This document shows positions 34,021 through 48,682 of a DNA stretch of 64,000 nucleotides, piece by piece. The notes under the pieces were generated by a model that was not told the origin of the DNA, searched no databases, and saw nothing but the letters and a program-made list of their open reading frames with translations. The translations under genes were made by a program, and so were the position numbers. How positions within the stretch are numbered: position 1 is the first letter of the stretch; each line of letters starts with the position of its first letter. This stretch comes from the human T2T-CHM13v2.0 reference genome, Homo sapiens. The DNA is taken from assembly GCF_009914755.1 (NCBI RefSeq), contig NC_060927.1. One strand, written 5' to 3'.

Positions 34021-34631
34021 GTTATTGTTTGAAGTTTTATTTTTAACTTTTCATTTCTCCCAGTGCTGGGATTACAGGTGTGAGCCACCGCGCCTGGCCT
34101 GTTTCATGTTTTCATTTCTCTTCTTCCACGTTGGAAACCCTAGTTCCCAAAATATCAATGAATTTACTCATTTGCTCAATCCTATAATGCACACAAAATA
34201 GTTTCAGAATTGCTACACCTCTACCATACAAATAATAGCCTACTACACAGAGTTCAAGATTATTTTTTCAGTTCTTTAATCTTTAATCCTGTGCTCAAAA
34301 CTTACTTGGTTTTTTTTTTTTTCTTCTGGGAGTTTATATTATTCACATAAATACACGGTTTGTTGTTGCTGTTTGTATTGTTTTGGAGTCCCACTCTCCA
34401 CATCTTGTTAATTTTATTTTTGAACATAAAAAAGACTAACAGTTTCCAAAACTCAAAACTATGCAAAAAAGTACATTCAGAACAAGGCCATTCCTTCTGT
34501 TGTTCCCATTTACTCAGTTCCTACCCGGTGCCTGTAGGTAACTAATTAGTTTCTGGTTCTCACTCCTGTATTTATTTTTTGTTCTGTCAAAAAACTACGC
34601 TTCCTCAAGGTGAGGTAGAGAAATGAGGCAG

Positions 34632-34772
34632 GGCCAGACGCCGTGGCTCACGCCTGTAATCCTAACACTTTGGGAGGCTGAGGTGGGTGGACTGCTTGAG
34701 CCCAAGAGTTCAAGACCAGCCTGGGCAACACAGCGAGATCCCGCTTCTATTTATAAAAATAAATAAATAAAA
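34632..34772 (+). mobile_element. FLAM_C-type Alu monomer
   Basis: TSD agaaatgaggcag. Confidence 0.9.
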
Positions 34773-36779
34773 AGAAATGAGGCAGTCACTGAAGCAGAAC
34801 ACTGGATCAAGAAACCATTTTATTTTAAAATGGCAGACTGTACAATAATGTAAATGATTCTGTAGTAACTGACAAATTGAAGGTGCAGGAGAGAGTATGA
34901 TAAATTGCAGAGGGAAATATCCATCAAAATATCCTCTAGTTTAATTTGAGGGATATCAAAGGGTTCTCATATCCCAAAATTGACCGCAATCCTGTTTGTA
35001 ACCTTCCAAATTAGTTATAACTCTATCTCTAGAGAACCCACATTAAAATGGAGTTACTGTTTTATCAAGATAATTAAGCCATCACTACCTATTAATATCA
35101 ATAGGATACACTGTGCCCTGGCAAAAGGGAGGTTTTGAACTTGGAACAAGACATTTAACTAGGAGTAGAGTGGTGAGAAGAGAATGGCTGATGTGAGAAG
35201 CTGTATAAAAACATGGGACAGACAATAATGATCATGCTGGAAAAACAAACATGCTTCTGGCATGTCTTGGATATTTTACACACATGCTAATGAGTAATTG
35301 AGGGTCACTCCTCATGCCCTCGAACTAAGTTAATATGGCTCAGGGGAAAGAACATGGACTTTGGAAACAGAGGGGTCTTGCTTCGAATCCCAGTTGAGTT
35401 ACCTAACACCTACATGACCACTGCCAAGTTACTTAAAACCTCACAGACAATTTCCTTACCTGTGGAAGTAGATAATGGTGTTACTGTGAGATATAAGTAG
35501 AATAACTTACAGCACTGCCCCAGCCCAGAAGAGATATTTTAATAAATAAGTCCATAACAGACGCAGATTAAAATAGTCAGCAAGGTAAAGAAACTGATGA
35601 TACAGCCAGCTGACTTCAATAACATGCCTAAGAGAAATCACACCATCTCAGGCAGTATTTGGTAAGGCCAGAAGAATGTCCAACACTTAGTTCCAATTCT
35701 TAATTTTCAAATTGCCCCAGAGTCTATTTTTAAAGTGTAAAAGTATGTGCTGACATACTTACATGCCAATTGTTTAAAAGAAACAATTCTACAGGTTAAC
35801 AAAGGCCAAAGACTCGGAATAACTTCCTAAATAATGTTTATGGGCCCACAAAGAGTTGAACCAACCTAAAATATCACAAGCTGTATCAATCAGTTTTATA
35901 AATGTATATACAGAGGGTTGACAACGTTCAATAAGATGATATTTTAAAAGTTTCTATTTCAGTTTCAAATTCATCTACAAACCAAAATGCAACATGGAAA
36001 ATCTTAAAATGTCTTTAAGCCACATACTGAAATATACAGTAAATTTTCAGAGCCTAGGATCAGTAGTAAACCAAAAGCCCCAAACTGAAGAGTATTAAAA
36101 TGAACAATGGCAGAGACTCGAAGCACACAATTTTGAATGCACCTAATCAGCCGTCCTCCTCTCCGACTAGAAATAACTTCCCTCCCATCTTAAATTAAGT
36201 AGCGTGTGTTCTGTCTCTGTCCTAGAAGATGTACTTAATGGTCATAAACTCTGTTTGCAACACTGAGACGGACTCATAATAAAAGTTCTAATCAACAATT
36301 AAATTTTGAACGTTTTAAGAAAACTTCCCGCTAAGCCACACGCCAAGCTACTTTGTCGGTGGCTGAGAGGGAGAAAGATGCATCCTTATCCTTTATGGAA
36401 AGAGAAAGGGAAGGAGTGGGAGAAAAGGGAACACAAGGAGACGAAAAATAACAAAGTATTGCTTGTATAAACAAATGAAAGCCTGGTTTCAAACTTTTGA
36501 AAATTCAACGTTCCCTTAGCGAATAGCAATACATATCAAAGTATATGGCAATCATCTGTGTTCTGAAGCAGAAAAAGGTGGAGAGAAAAGCAAAACACTT
36601 TTTATTGTACTGAACTCACAAGTATTCAAAATTCATCAATCCCCTCCCATCCCCAAACTCTGGACATTATATCATTTCCAAAATAAATCTGAAACAAAAC
36701 CATTGGACTAATTTTGGACTCAGCGTAGAACTTTTATGAGTCTTCCAAGCACTCTCCACCCAACAGCCCTGCTGGGCAG

Positions 36780-37660
36780 TCCCGAATACCCGTTATTTTG
36801 GGGGCACGCACGGGCTCGTGCTCTGAGTTCCTGGAAGGAGGCCTCGGGGAGTGACGAGAAACCAGGGGGGTCTGCAGGACTTGGACCGCCGACCGTTCCT
36901 CGCTCCCCGGGGCGAGCGGTCTGGACCGCCCGGGAAGTGCCTGCGCCGGCGGTCGTGGGGCCAGTTCCCGCGTGGCAGCTGGGCGCGACACAGGCGCGCC
37001 CTCCTCGTCCCTCCCGGGCAGCGTCGGCCGCCCGAGCCCGGGGAGACCCGCCCCGCCCCGCGCCGTCACCCGGGCCCCGTTCCGCAGGGGTGGCTCGCGG
37101 CGCCCCACGTCCCTGCGAGAAGCCCGGGATCGCTTCGCGGGGCGCACCGACGAGCCGCCGCTCGCGAGCTCGCCGCCTACCTGGAGGGAGCTCAGGCCCG
37201 CGTCGACCGCGCGCTGCCGGTGTCCGCTGGGCGCTCAGCAGCCCCTGGAGCGCGGAGCCGGCGTGGAGAGCGCAGCTCACAGCCGAGACCAGAGCCGCCG
37301 GCCACACCCAGTCCCGCACCTCCCAGCAGCCAACTCCGCGGCGCGCCGGAGCCGGGGCGGGGACGTGGCTGGAGGCGCGAGGCGCGAGGCACGAGGCGCG
37401 CGGGCCCGGCGGGGACGTGCCGGGGACGCGCAGACCCTCGGAGCGCGCGCAGCCCGGGCGGGGGGCGAAGGGAGCGGGCGCCGCGCGCAGCTTCTGCTTC
37501 CTATTTTCTCTCTCGTTTCCTGCCAGAAGGAGAAGAAAAACATTCATTCCCGGGCAGTTTCGTTTTCTTGTTGGTGTGGCGCCGGGGCACGCTGCTAAGT
37601 AGCGCCCGTCTAAGTGGCGTGGCCAGTTTCCTTTCCGGCGCTGACAGGCGCCAGTTTGCT
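36780..37660. promoter_or_regulatory. CpG island / TATA-less GNB4 promoter with GC boxes
   Basis: Abrupt switch to very GC- and CpG-rich DNA; GGGGCGGGG at 37354-37362, CCCGCCCCGCCCC near 37047-37059. Confidence 0.95.
37181..37312 (-). other. GNB4: GNB4 non-coding exon 1 (5' end approximate)
   Basis: Donor CTCCAG|gtaggc at 37181/37180 inside the CpG island, downstream of GC boxes; no ATG in the exon. The TSS cannot be fixed from sequence. Confidence 0.8.
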
Positions 37661-37794
37661 TGTTAGCAGGATCGAAGGGCAGAGCTAGAAGACCCCAAAG
37701 GCCCCATTTAGGTTTCCCATTCTGGAATTCTAAATGTCAGAAAGTAAACTGAAGCCCAGAGTTGCACAACCTTGCGTTGCAGTCCCCGCTCTTC

Positions 37795-37920
37795 CATCAC
37801 TAGTTGTAGGACCGTGTACCGTCTCGGGCCTAAGTTTCGTCATCGCCAAAATAAAGATACTGATACCTGCCTCATAAAGGTGCTAAGCATATTAAATGAA
37901 GTGATGTTTGCACGAAGCCT
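37795..37920 (+). mobile_element. MIR on the CpG-island shore
   Basis: gggcctaagtttcgtcatcgccaaaata...tacctgcctcataaagg...attaaatgaag. Confidence 0.6.
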
Positions 37921-38234
37921 GCCTCCAAATAAATGGCCAATACTTGGAAGTTATTGTTCCTATTGTCATTGATAAAACTGGAAGGCCTTCCAGATATCCC
38001 TGCCAAGTCGCTCTTCTCTGCATGAGTTAAACACCACATGCATCTCAATCGAGTTTTTTTTTTTTTCACATTTATCTGGGTGTTTTATGTTTAAAATGTC
38101 ATAAAATAAATGCATCTATCCAATTTGCTTCCTCTGAAGTCAGTACCGCCTGGGAGCATTTTTCCTCTCCCCACCCCCATTTTTCTTCTGAGTTAATTCC
38201 AGTTTGACAGACTGTTGCTATAGCATTCCTTCTC

Positions 38235-38242
38235 TGACGTCA
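38235..38242. promoter_or_regulatory. Full palindromic CRE (TGACGTCA) ~0.9 kb upstream of exon 1
   Basis: Exact motif match; function untested. Confidence 0.4.
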
Positions 38243-38969
38243 AACAATTTAAAGAAACAGCCCTGGGTAGCGAAAACTGCAGAGGAGTTCTTTGTGGAGT
38301 TTCTGTGCCGGAGAAATGTTCGAACAATATCATCAGATAACTTTAACAACCCCTCAGCCTTCCAATCCTCCTTCTGTAGCTGCTTCCCACTATCACCTGG
38401 AATAAATCTATTAGTCCCTTGAAAGAGGTGATGCCATGATAAACACACCCTGTTTGTGACTGTGGGGAAAATGTGACCGTTTTGTATAAAAGCCAGGCCG
38501 TGACAAAAATAGAAGCAGCTGTTTCTATTTTCTTTATCCACAGATAAAGAAACTGTGGATAATTTTTCCCCCAAAATTTTCATTTTTACTAATATTAGGA
38601 GCATTTTTCCATTAAGAAGAAAGAAATGCCAAATATTCTGCATATCAAAGTGTCAGAAGAGCTCGTTGGGACATGAGTGTTTTGCATCTGTAACTATTTA
38701 TGTTTTAATGATTAAATCCTGAGTTTTATGATTGTCGTTTTTCGGAGGAAGCAAAGGGAAATTGTTAAAGAGTGCCTATTACGGACCATGCTCTCTGCTT
38801 TCTTATACTGTACTTAATCCTCATAATTACCTTGAAGTGTGAATTTTATCCCCATTTTACAGATAAGCAAACTGATGCCCTGGTAAGATTAATTTATCGG
38901 AGTCACGAAGGTATTGGTAGAGCCCTGCATGACATCAGATTGGATCAACTCCAAAGCCCACATTCTTTC

Positions 38970-39255
38970 TTTTTTTTGTTTGTTTTTTTGTTTTGAGACG
39001 GAGTCACTGTGCAGTGATGTGATGTCAGCTCACTGCAACCTCCACCTCCAGGATTCAAGCGATTCTCGTGTCTCAGCCTCCCAAGTCTGGGATTACAGGC
39101 ACAAGCCACCACGCCCGGCTGATTTTTTGTATTTTTAGTAGACACGGGGTTTCACCGTGTTGACCAGGCTGGTCTCAATCTGCTGACCTCAGGTGATCCG
39201 CCCACCTCGGCCTCCCAAAGTGCTGGAATTACAGGCGTGAGCCACCGATCCCGGC
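38970..39255 (-). mobile_element. AluS
   Basis: TSD cca(c/t)attctttcttt. Confidence 0.92.
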
Positions 39256-41508
39256 CCCATATTCTTTCTTTAGATTCTTTTCTGCCTTGTTCCTGTGCAC
39301 TAGCATTTACCAGATGTTATAAAGCTTTGAGAGCTGGTTGTTGGGTTAAGATTATTTGTTGAAAAACAAGTTGCTGGTATTTAGGAAAACACAGTGGGAA
39401 GCAATGAGATAGTCTATTCCAGAAAAGATGAGGGGAAATATAAATGAACAGCTCCTAAACATAAAATACAAAACCTGAAAAGATGTAACAAGAATTTGAC
39501 TGTCTTTTAAAGAGTTTAAAAGAATGATATCGTCAATCTTCCTGAAAATTTAATGTAGACAAAGAAATTACTAGAAGAATAAAGTCCAAGTACAGAAAAA
39601 GGAAAGTTTAATTATTATCCAAACGAATCTACTTCCAAGAATATTGTATTTCTGTTTTGCCATACCTGCTCCATATTGTTCTGGAAAAAAAAAAAAAAAC
39701 TTACTTGTTAAAGGACAAGCCTATACTGAAAATCTGAAAGTGGAGCTGATTAAAAGAATTTTGTCATCAGGAATGATTTCATAAGAGCACACTAATGCAT
39801 CTAAGTGATCCAGCAATTCATGATTTTTCCAATGATAATGAAATCCACGAAGAACAAAAGAGAGAGACTGGGAAGGGAGGCAGAGAGAAAGGTGAAGGGG
39901 TATGCTATTAACATTTCTGATGCCTGCTGGTTTGTGTAGACAATTGTAGAGATGTATCCTACTTCTGAGGATTAAGCCCCATGATCTTTTGTTTGGGTGC
40001 CACTGGCTGATAATTAGATTTCTAACTCATTAGGCCCATGTTCTCAAATCCTACTCTATTAAGAGAGCATAGTGGGGTCCCTACTAGAGAACCTTTGAAG
40101 ACAAAATCCTTGTCCGTTTCATCTTTGTGTCTGCCATAGTGTTTAACAGAGCACCTTGCATTTGCTAGGTACTCCACGAACAAATAAATGAGTGAATGCA
40201 CTTGGCTGCTTGTTTTATGCAAATAACCTGCATACCTCACCCCATCCCACACGCTAGTCAGAATCATAGGAGAGGAGAAAGTGGTCATTGCTTTTCTAGG
40301 AGTTTAGTTACAGTTTCTTTTGCAGGGTGTTTTGCTTCACTATGATCAAGTTCAGAGAAGCTCTGCTCTTGGTCCTACATTGGATGAATCTGAATGCTGT
40401 ACTCAGTGAGCTACCCTGTAATCCATAGTGCCATAGGTTTGTATATCCTGCTTTTAAGTTTTACCCTAGAAATGGTCTATATTTTTTTCTGAGCCTACCT
40501 TGCTCTCAGACGATGCCAAGCACACCGTGAAGAACACAGCTATTAAAGTGTACAATATTTCAGTACCGCCCTGTATGTGTTGTATGCATTCCAATTCTAT
40601 TGTGTTTGAAATGAGGCCAAATTATATACATACAACATCACAACTACCGTAACAGATTTTATTTCACCCACAACAAAATAAGTTATAAAATATTAAATGG
40701 AAATTATCTAACAGGATCTATAGCACAGTTTCCCAAGGACATGAGAAGCAATTCCCTAGTAGATTCTGTAAGAAGTCAGTCTATGTGTGGTTTCAGACAG
40801 ACATCCTTGATACAGAGTAGTCATGCCTAAAGCCTTCCCTCTTGCTCACACACAATGCATTTTCCATATCAAAGTACAGTTTGTACTTTGAGTCACCTTT
40901 GCTGTACTCCTCTGACACTGGTGGTACAAATCAGTTATAGCTTTTGTTTATTTCCACTCAGGTTCTCGTTAACCATGGGAATTTGGAATCTGTCATCCAA
41001 GTGCATCCCAGTGACCTTAAGAGAGGGTCAATGATATCTGTCACAGGCATGGGAGAGGGAACTAGAAGCATGCAGGCATATATCTGCTGCTCTATGTCCT
41101 GTCATTCAGGTCCCTGGAATCAGGGAATTCAGGGAAATCAGGGAATTCAGGTCCCCGGAAAGGGACATGTCAAAGTGAAAAAACACTAAACTGCACATCA
41201 GAAGACTTGATTTAGAGCTTTGGCTCTGGTATTAAATGTCTGTGTGATCTTAAGCAGATCTTACCCTGCCAGCATTCTGTCTTAATTATATAAAATGAAG
41301 GTGCTGAATTCTAATACGATTGACAAATAGACAACACTGGTGCCATCTCTCAGACTATGTCCGGGGATGACTTCACTAATCAATCGTGGACTCTTGCCCT
41401 GTAAGCTTCATTTCATCCCAAGAACTCTTCTGAACACCACATTTTCAAAAGGAACTCTGATCTGTTTCTGTTAAGTGAGTAAAAACATGAGTTTAAAAAT
41501 GAGATGAC

Positions 41509-42215
41509 ATATTAGTTATCTATTGCTCTATTCAAGTCACCAAACTTAGTGGATTAGGACAACAACAATTATTTAATTTGTTCATGAATTTCCAACATGG
41601 GCAGGGCTTGGCAGACGTGTTCTCTGTTCCATGCTGGCTCAGATAGTTTGACTCTTATTAAGATGGCACTCTCACATGGCTGGCAAGTTGGTGCTGGCTG
41701 CTAGCTGGAAGATCAGCCAGGTGTGTGGGCAGAAACTTCAGTTCCTTTTCACGTAGGGCTTTCCACGGGCTACTTGGAATTCCTTGCATTAGAGTGGCTG
41801 GGTTCTAAGAGCAAGTGTTCCAAGAGAACAAGGAGGAAATGCATAGCATTTTTATGACTTAGCCTCAGCAATCACATAGTGTTGCTTCCACTATCCTCAC
41901 TTGGTCTAGGCAGTCACAAATTCATGTAATAGGGACATAGACTTTTTTTTTTTTTTTTTTTTTTTAGACAAGATCTCGCTCCGTCACTGAGGGTGGAGCG
42001 CAGTGGCGCAATCTCAGCTCATTGCAACCTCAGGTGATTCTCGAGCCTCCTGAGTAGGTGGGATTATAGGCATGTGCCACCACATACAGCTAATTTTTTT
42101 GTATTTTTGTAGAGGCGGGGTTTCACCATGTTCCCCAGGCTGGATAGACTTATCTAGAGGAACATGTTGAATGCCACATATCATTGCAGCTAACTTCAGA
42201 AATATAATCTGCCAC
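41509..42215 (-). mobile_element. MLT1 (G/H-like) MaLR solo LTR with a partial Alu at 41943-42142
   Basis: tattagttatctattgct...aaacttagtgg...cacatggctggcaagttggtgctggctg...aatctgccaca. Confidence 0.82.
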
Positions 42216-42389
42216 AAGCACATTTGCTAACCCTGGATTAATAATCTATGAGAATCCAACAATCTAAGATTCTGTCTTTCCATTCCTTCCTCCCATAGAG
42301 TATTGATTTCATTTACGCTAATATGTTCTGTTAGATATTTCAAACAATGGAAAACATCTTGTTTTCCTTACAAATTTGTTTTGGCTTTG

Positions 42390-42765
42390 CTTTGATTTTA
42401 AAACTTATACTGTAAAATTGACCTTTTTTTCTTTTAGTGTGCAGTACTGTGATTTTGAACACATGTACAGATTCATGTAATTATCATTATAATCAGAACA
42501 GTTCCATCACTCCCCAAATCTCCCTCATACTATCCATTTACAGCCTTAATTATAGTCACCTCTCTTCCCTACCATGACTCTTGGCAATCATTGATTTGTC
42601 CTCTGACCCTAGAGTTCTGTCTTTTTGAGATTATCATATAAGTGGAACCATACAGTATGTGACCTTTCGAGACTGTCTTTTCTCACTTAGCATAACACTT
42701 TGGTTTTCTTATTGCTGCGCAGCATTCCATGGTATGGAAGTACCACAGTTGGTTTATCCATTTGG
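42390..42765 (-). mobile_element. Old LINE-1 (L1MB/MC) 3' end
   Basis: aacagttccatcactcccc...tcatataagtggaaccatacagtatgtgacc motifs. Confidence 0.8.
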
Positions 42766-43688
42766 CAAATAGTTTTCTGATGGAAACGATTGCTTTGAAC
42801 TGATACCAAGCCACATAGACCAGACTTCAGACTCTACTTAGGAGGTAAGAAAAGATGAAAAGGAGCCCTGCGGACCAACTCTTACTCTAAACATGTTTAT
42901 TTGTTGGTAGAAATGCCCATCTCAGTATCATAAACAAACAAACAAAAAATTAAAGAACCTGCTCTTTAGAAAAAAACTCTAAGATCAAGAGAATAATTTT
43001 GAATGCCTCTTCTTACCCCAAGGAATATTTAAGAGAAAAAGGATTCATGAATTCAGACTTCCTTTAGCCATTTCCTCTAAATGGACCAGGATATCCAAAT
43101 CATGTTTTCAAAAGCCCATTTAAATTCTAAGAAAGTCAAGTGAAATTGTTAATGATAGCAAATTCAGTTCAGGTAGAGTGTGTGATGTATTAAAGCTACA
43201 TTCCACTGGTTTTCCCCTTTGTATAATTATGCTCATTTTGTAGTGCCTAGAATGTAATACAGTACTTTGTATGATTCAGAGGTTTATAATTGGATGACTA
43301 TTTTATGCCAAACTCTCTCTCTGGGGTCTCACTCATTTCTTATCACATTCTAGCCACAGTCTTAGCACAGCACATGCACCCACCAATTTTCTTCAATTAA
43401 TGAGGGAGCAAATGAATGCAGAACTCTAAGGGACAGTCTCTGGGAGCTCCATTCATTCATTCTTCTGTAAGTAGTTAATGTGCTCTCAGATAAAAAGGTA
43501 TCTTCGTATCTATTTAAGAACAAATAGAGTCAGGCTAACAAAATGCTTGGTTCAACATTAATGCTTCTAGGAGTGGAATCTTTTCCTGGCAGGTGAGATA
43601 GTCAACGTGGGGTGGAAGTGGAACATGAGTTCCAAGACTTGGGACGGTTTTTACAATTTTCCTTTCACTTCGAGGTAGTAACATTTGA

Positions 43689-44038
<350 letters not shown>

Positions 44039-44359
44039 CATTTTAGTTCTTAATGTGATGTGGGGAGGGGCAGGGGAGTTGCTCTACCACTTCACCATCC
44101 AAATGACAGCAGCAAATAAGGGCTTCTGGAGCAATTCACTCTCCTCAGGGACCAGGAGTGAGAGAAACCAGCTTCTGCTCTCATAGTGTGATAAAGTCCG
44201 CAGTTTTTAAGTGTTCTTTGGGAAAACACAGCCCTTTGAATTGGAGCCACAGTATTGGCAGGGTAATGATGATTTAAACAAGAACTGCTTTTCTCTTCTT
44301 TAAAATGTCTTTGGCAAAAGCAAAAACAAAAAACTATTATTAACTATTAGGGCTAAATA

Positions 44360-44678
44360 TATTCGTCCCTCTGTATCCTTGGCATATTGGTTCCAGGACC
44401 CCCGCGGATACCAAAATCTGAGGATGCTCATGTACCTGATATAAAATGGCATGGTATTTGCATATCCTACACATATCCTCCTGTATACTTTAAATCATCT
44501 CTAAATTACTTATAATACCTGTGATACAATATAAATGCTGTGTAAATAGTTGCTAGGCTGTGTTTTTAAATTTTTATATTCTTTTTATTGTTCTATTATT
44601 ATTTTTAATTTTTTTCAAATATTTTTGTCCCGAGGGTGATTGAATCTAAGGATGCAGAAGATATGGAAGGCTAACTAT
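44360..44678. mobile_element. MER2 (Tigger-derived MITE)
   Basis: cgtccctctgtatcc...ggttccaggacccccgcggataccaaaatc...tatactttaaatcatctcta. Confidence 0.9.
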
Positions 44679-45236
44679 ATCTGAAAATAGATATCAAAAC
44701 TCATCTAGGAACAGTGCAGAATTGAGAATTTTTTAACAGAAACAATCTGCTTTTAAACAAATTTCCTACTTTAGTATTTCCCCTTTGATATCTTTTACAT
44801 TTAACATACATTTATAGAGCATTTAGGAGACAGAACTTCACATTAATTAACCTCATTTACTACATACAACAGATTTGTAAGGGAATATTATTATTCCCGT
44901 TGTGCAAAGGGGAGATTTAGGCTCAGAGAATTGAGCATCTTGCTCAAGGTCTTGAGGCAGTGCCAGGGGTAGGCGTGGGGAGGTCAGGTCCTCCTTACTC
45001 TTCCCAACCCCCCATCTTCAAGTCCTCCAAGCTACCACAGTAGCTAGACAACCTAAGGAAAGAGTGTGCTCACTGTGCAAATGAAACTCCAGAAGCTTCA
45101 GCAACACTGCAGCCCCTGCGACTCTCCTATATTCAATCAAACAGCTGGTAAATGGTGGCACAGACATATGGAGCCAGAACTTTCTGACCTGATGCTTGGG
45201 TGTGTTCCTATTCCTGCTCTTAGAAGCCTACCTTCC

Positions 45237-45560
<324 letters not shown>

Positions 45561-46501
45561 CTACCTTCCAACAGCTCCACAACTGCTTTCATTTAGGTTT
45601 CATTACGAATATTTTATTTCCTGCTAAATAAATCAGAGCAGAGTCTCCAGTAAATGAATGCCTCAGAAGTTTCTCTGTCTCACCAGTTGGATCTCATAAA
45701 CAAAAATCAAGTAGGTGAATTTAACCATCCCATCCTCACCCAATTTGCCCCAACATTTAACCCAAATCCCAGAGACTTCACCAATTCATTCAATCTGGAA
45801 ACATCAGTTGCTCAGCTAATCTTTTCCCCTCTTTTCCCATTATCAGGATTAGCTACTTATTGTTCTTCCTGTTTTGCTTCAACTGAAATAAACTTGAGTT
45901 CTCATCCTTTCTGTCAGATGGATTTCCAAGCTTAAAAGCTTTGAATCAGAATGACATTAATCCTGCTTTTTCTGCATTGTGGCCTTATTGCTTGTTACAG
46001 ATATTTGCACTGCTCCATCTTACTTTCTGAGTTTCATGGACGTTCTCATTGCAAATGAGTCTGTGTTAGGGAGTTTGTATTTTCTCAAGAAACTGGAAAC
46101 CTCATTGTTAAAAATCTCACTTTGGCAAAGAAAATTCTAGTCCACTTGTCAATTTTTATAAAATCTTATTTATAATCAAAATCAGATTTCAACTAACATT
46201 TACATTATTAGCATTGCATGAAGGTAAGTGTATTTTCTGTAGAGACTGACCCTAGGGCAGCTGCACAAATCTCTGCAAGGAGGTTCCTCTTTAGTGACAA
46301 TGAGTCAGATATGTATTAACTCAGAAATGAATTTAAGAAGAAAAAAAAGTTTGTCATCTTATGAATAAGTGTTTCATCTTGGTTTAGTTGATAAAGCAGC
46401 AGCTCTAAAAATAAAACTTACTGTAGATTTGCTCTTTTTTCTTTTATTTTAAAAACCAAACTCTTACTCTTAACTTTGCCTTTTTGCATACCTAAATCAA
46501 C

Positions 46502-46633
46502 CTTTTTTTTAATTTTATTTTTAAAGATAGAGTCTCACTATGTTGCTCACACTGGACTCAAATTCCTGGACTCAAGCGATCCTCCTGCCTCAGCCTCCCA
46601 AGTAGCTGGGATTACAGGCATGGCCACCAAGCT
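46502..46633 (-). mobile_element. FLAM-type Alu monomer
   Basis: Single monomer, poly-T. Confidence 0.85.
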
Positions 46634-46658
46634 CTTCTATAGTAATATATAATTTTTT

Positions 46659-47059
<401 letters not shown>

Positions 47060-47087
47060 TAATATATAATTTTTAAAAATGATTTTA

Positions 47088-47361
<274 letters not shown>

Positions 47362-47985
47362 TTAGTATTTGGAAGGAATTCCTAGGTTGGAGAGATGGTG
47401 AGCTAATTGTTTGGGTCTACATATGAGCTGAAATATAAATTTCAAGGAAGTTTAAATGTCCATGAAATCAGACCTAGCTTTTCAAAATTTTCACATTGAC
47501 AATGATTGTCTAATAAATCTATCCTTCTACACTAACTAAAAACAAATTTTTTTTTGCCACCTCAACCTTCAACTACTATGACATTTTGTATATTTCAATG
47601 ACATTTATTAAATTCTACCTTTCATTGAAGTTTTCTTTGTGTGTAAAAAGTTACTGTGTAATGAGAATCTTAAACATAGAACACAAGGGTGATGCATCTG
47701 TGTATCCTTCATGGCACCAAATAGAGCTTTCTGCTTTTCCCTGCCCTAATCCATCCGATATATTATTGTTGAATTCATTTTCCTAAAATTTAGCTCTGAT
47801 TAAGTTACTTGTTGGCTAAGCACTTACAACAGTTTCTAGTTGTTTACTGAATTATATGTTCCTGCTCACCTGGCATAGCCTTCTATAATCTGGCCCCAAC
47901 CTGTCCTTTCTAGCTTTATCTCTATGGTATTTTCCACTGAAACTTGGCTCTTCCTAATTCTGAGAAGAGGTGCTGGGATTTTCCT

Positions 47986-48030
47986 TTGTGTATGTCTGTG
48001 TGTGTGCACATGTGTGTGTGTGTGTGTGTG
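47986..48030. repeat. Imperfect (TG)n microsatellite
   Basis: Direct reading. Confidence 0.9.
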
Positions 48031-48392
48031 CTATTCTCATGAACTGCAGTGTCTCATACAGAGACCAATCTCAAATCAAGTCCACAAAGCCATGTCTGGT
48101 TTGCCCATAGAACACATCCCTTCTTGTTTCTGATCTTTGCAGTACTTGGTCTAAACTACTCTTGTGTACTTAAGTCACTATAACCCACTTTAGCTTGAAT
48201 GATAATAGTCTGTGTGCTTGTTTTATCTCCCAGATTTGACAATAAGCATGGCATACTTGAAAGAACATGAGCTATGAGGTTAGAAAAACCTAAGTTCATA
48301 TCTTGCCTCTGTCACTTATGAGCTGTGTGACTTCAGATAAGTAGCATACTTTTCTGAACTTCTTTTTTAAAATCTATTAAAAATAATTGGTT

Positions 48393-48682
48393 GGCCGGGC
48401 ATGGTGGTTTACACCTGTAATCCTAGCACTTTGGGAGGCCGAGGCGGGCAAATCACTTGAGGTCAGAAGTTGGAGACCAGCCTGGCCAATATGGTGAAAT
48501 CCCGTCTCTACTAAAAATACAAAATTAGCTGGGTGTGGTGGCGCACCCCTGTAATCCCAGCTACTCGGGAGGCTGAGACAGGAGAATCACTTGAACCCAG
48601 GAGGCAAGGTTGCAGTGAGCCAAGATCACACCATTGCATTCTAGCCTGGGTAACAGAGTGAAACTCCGTCCCCAAAAAAAAA
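48393..48682 (+). mobile_element. AluS
   Basis: TSD aaa(a/t)ta(a/t)ttggtt-like. Confidence 0.93.

Noticed and set aside
37160-37169. Palindrome GCTCGCGAGC as a BANP/ZBTB33-type site
   Set aside because: Only the core matches TCTCGCGAGA; expected by chance in a CpG island.
36720-37666. Long overlapping ORFs (208-288 aa) on both strands over the CpG island
   Set aside because: GC-rich DNA lacks stop codons; the products are low-complexity Ala/Arg/Pro/Gly with no recognisable domain, and several frames are open at once.
38218-38643. 141-aa ATG-initiated ORF upstream of GNB4 on the same strand
   Set aside because: No recognisable homology, domain or splice structure; cannot be supported without expression or conservation data.
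43585-43600. CCTGGCAGGTGAGATA resembles the 5' region of U1 snRNA
   Set aside because: Only ~16 nt match, similarity does not extend, no TSD or tail.
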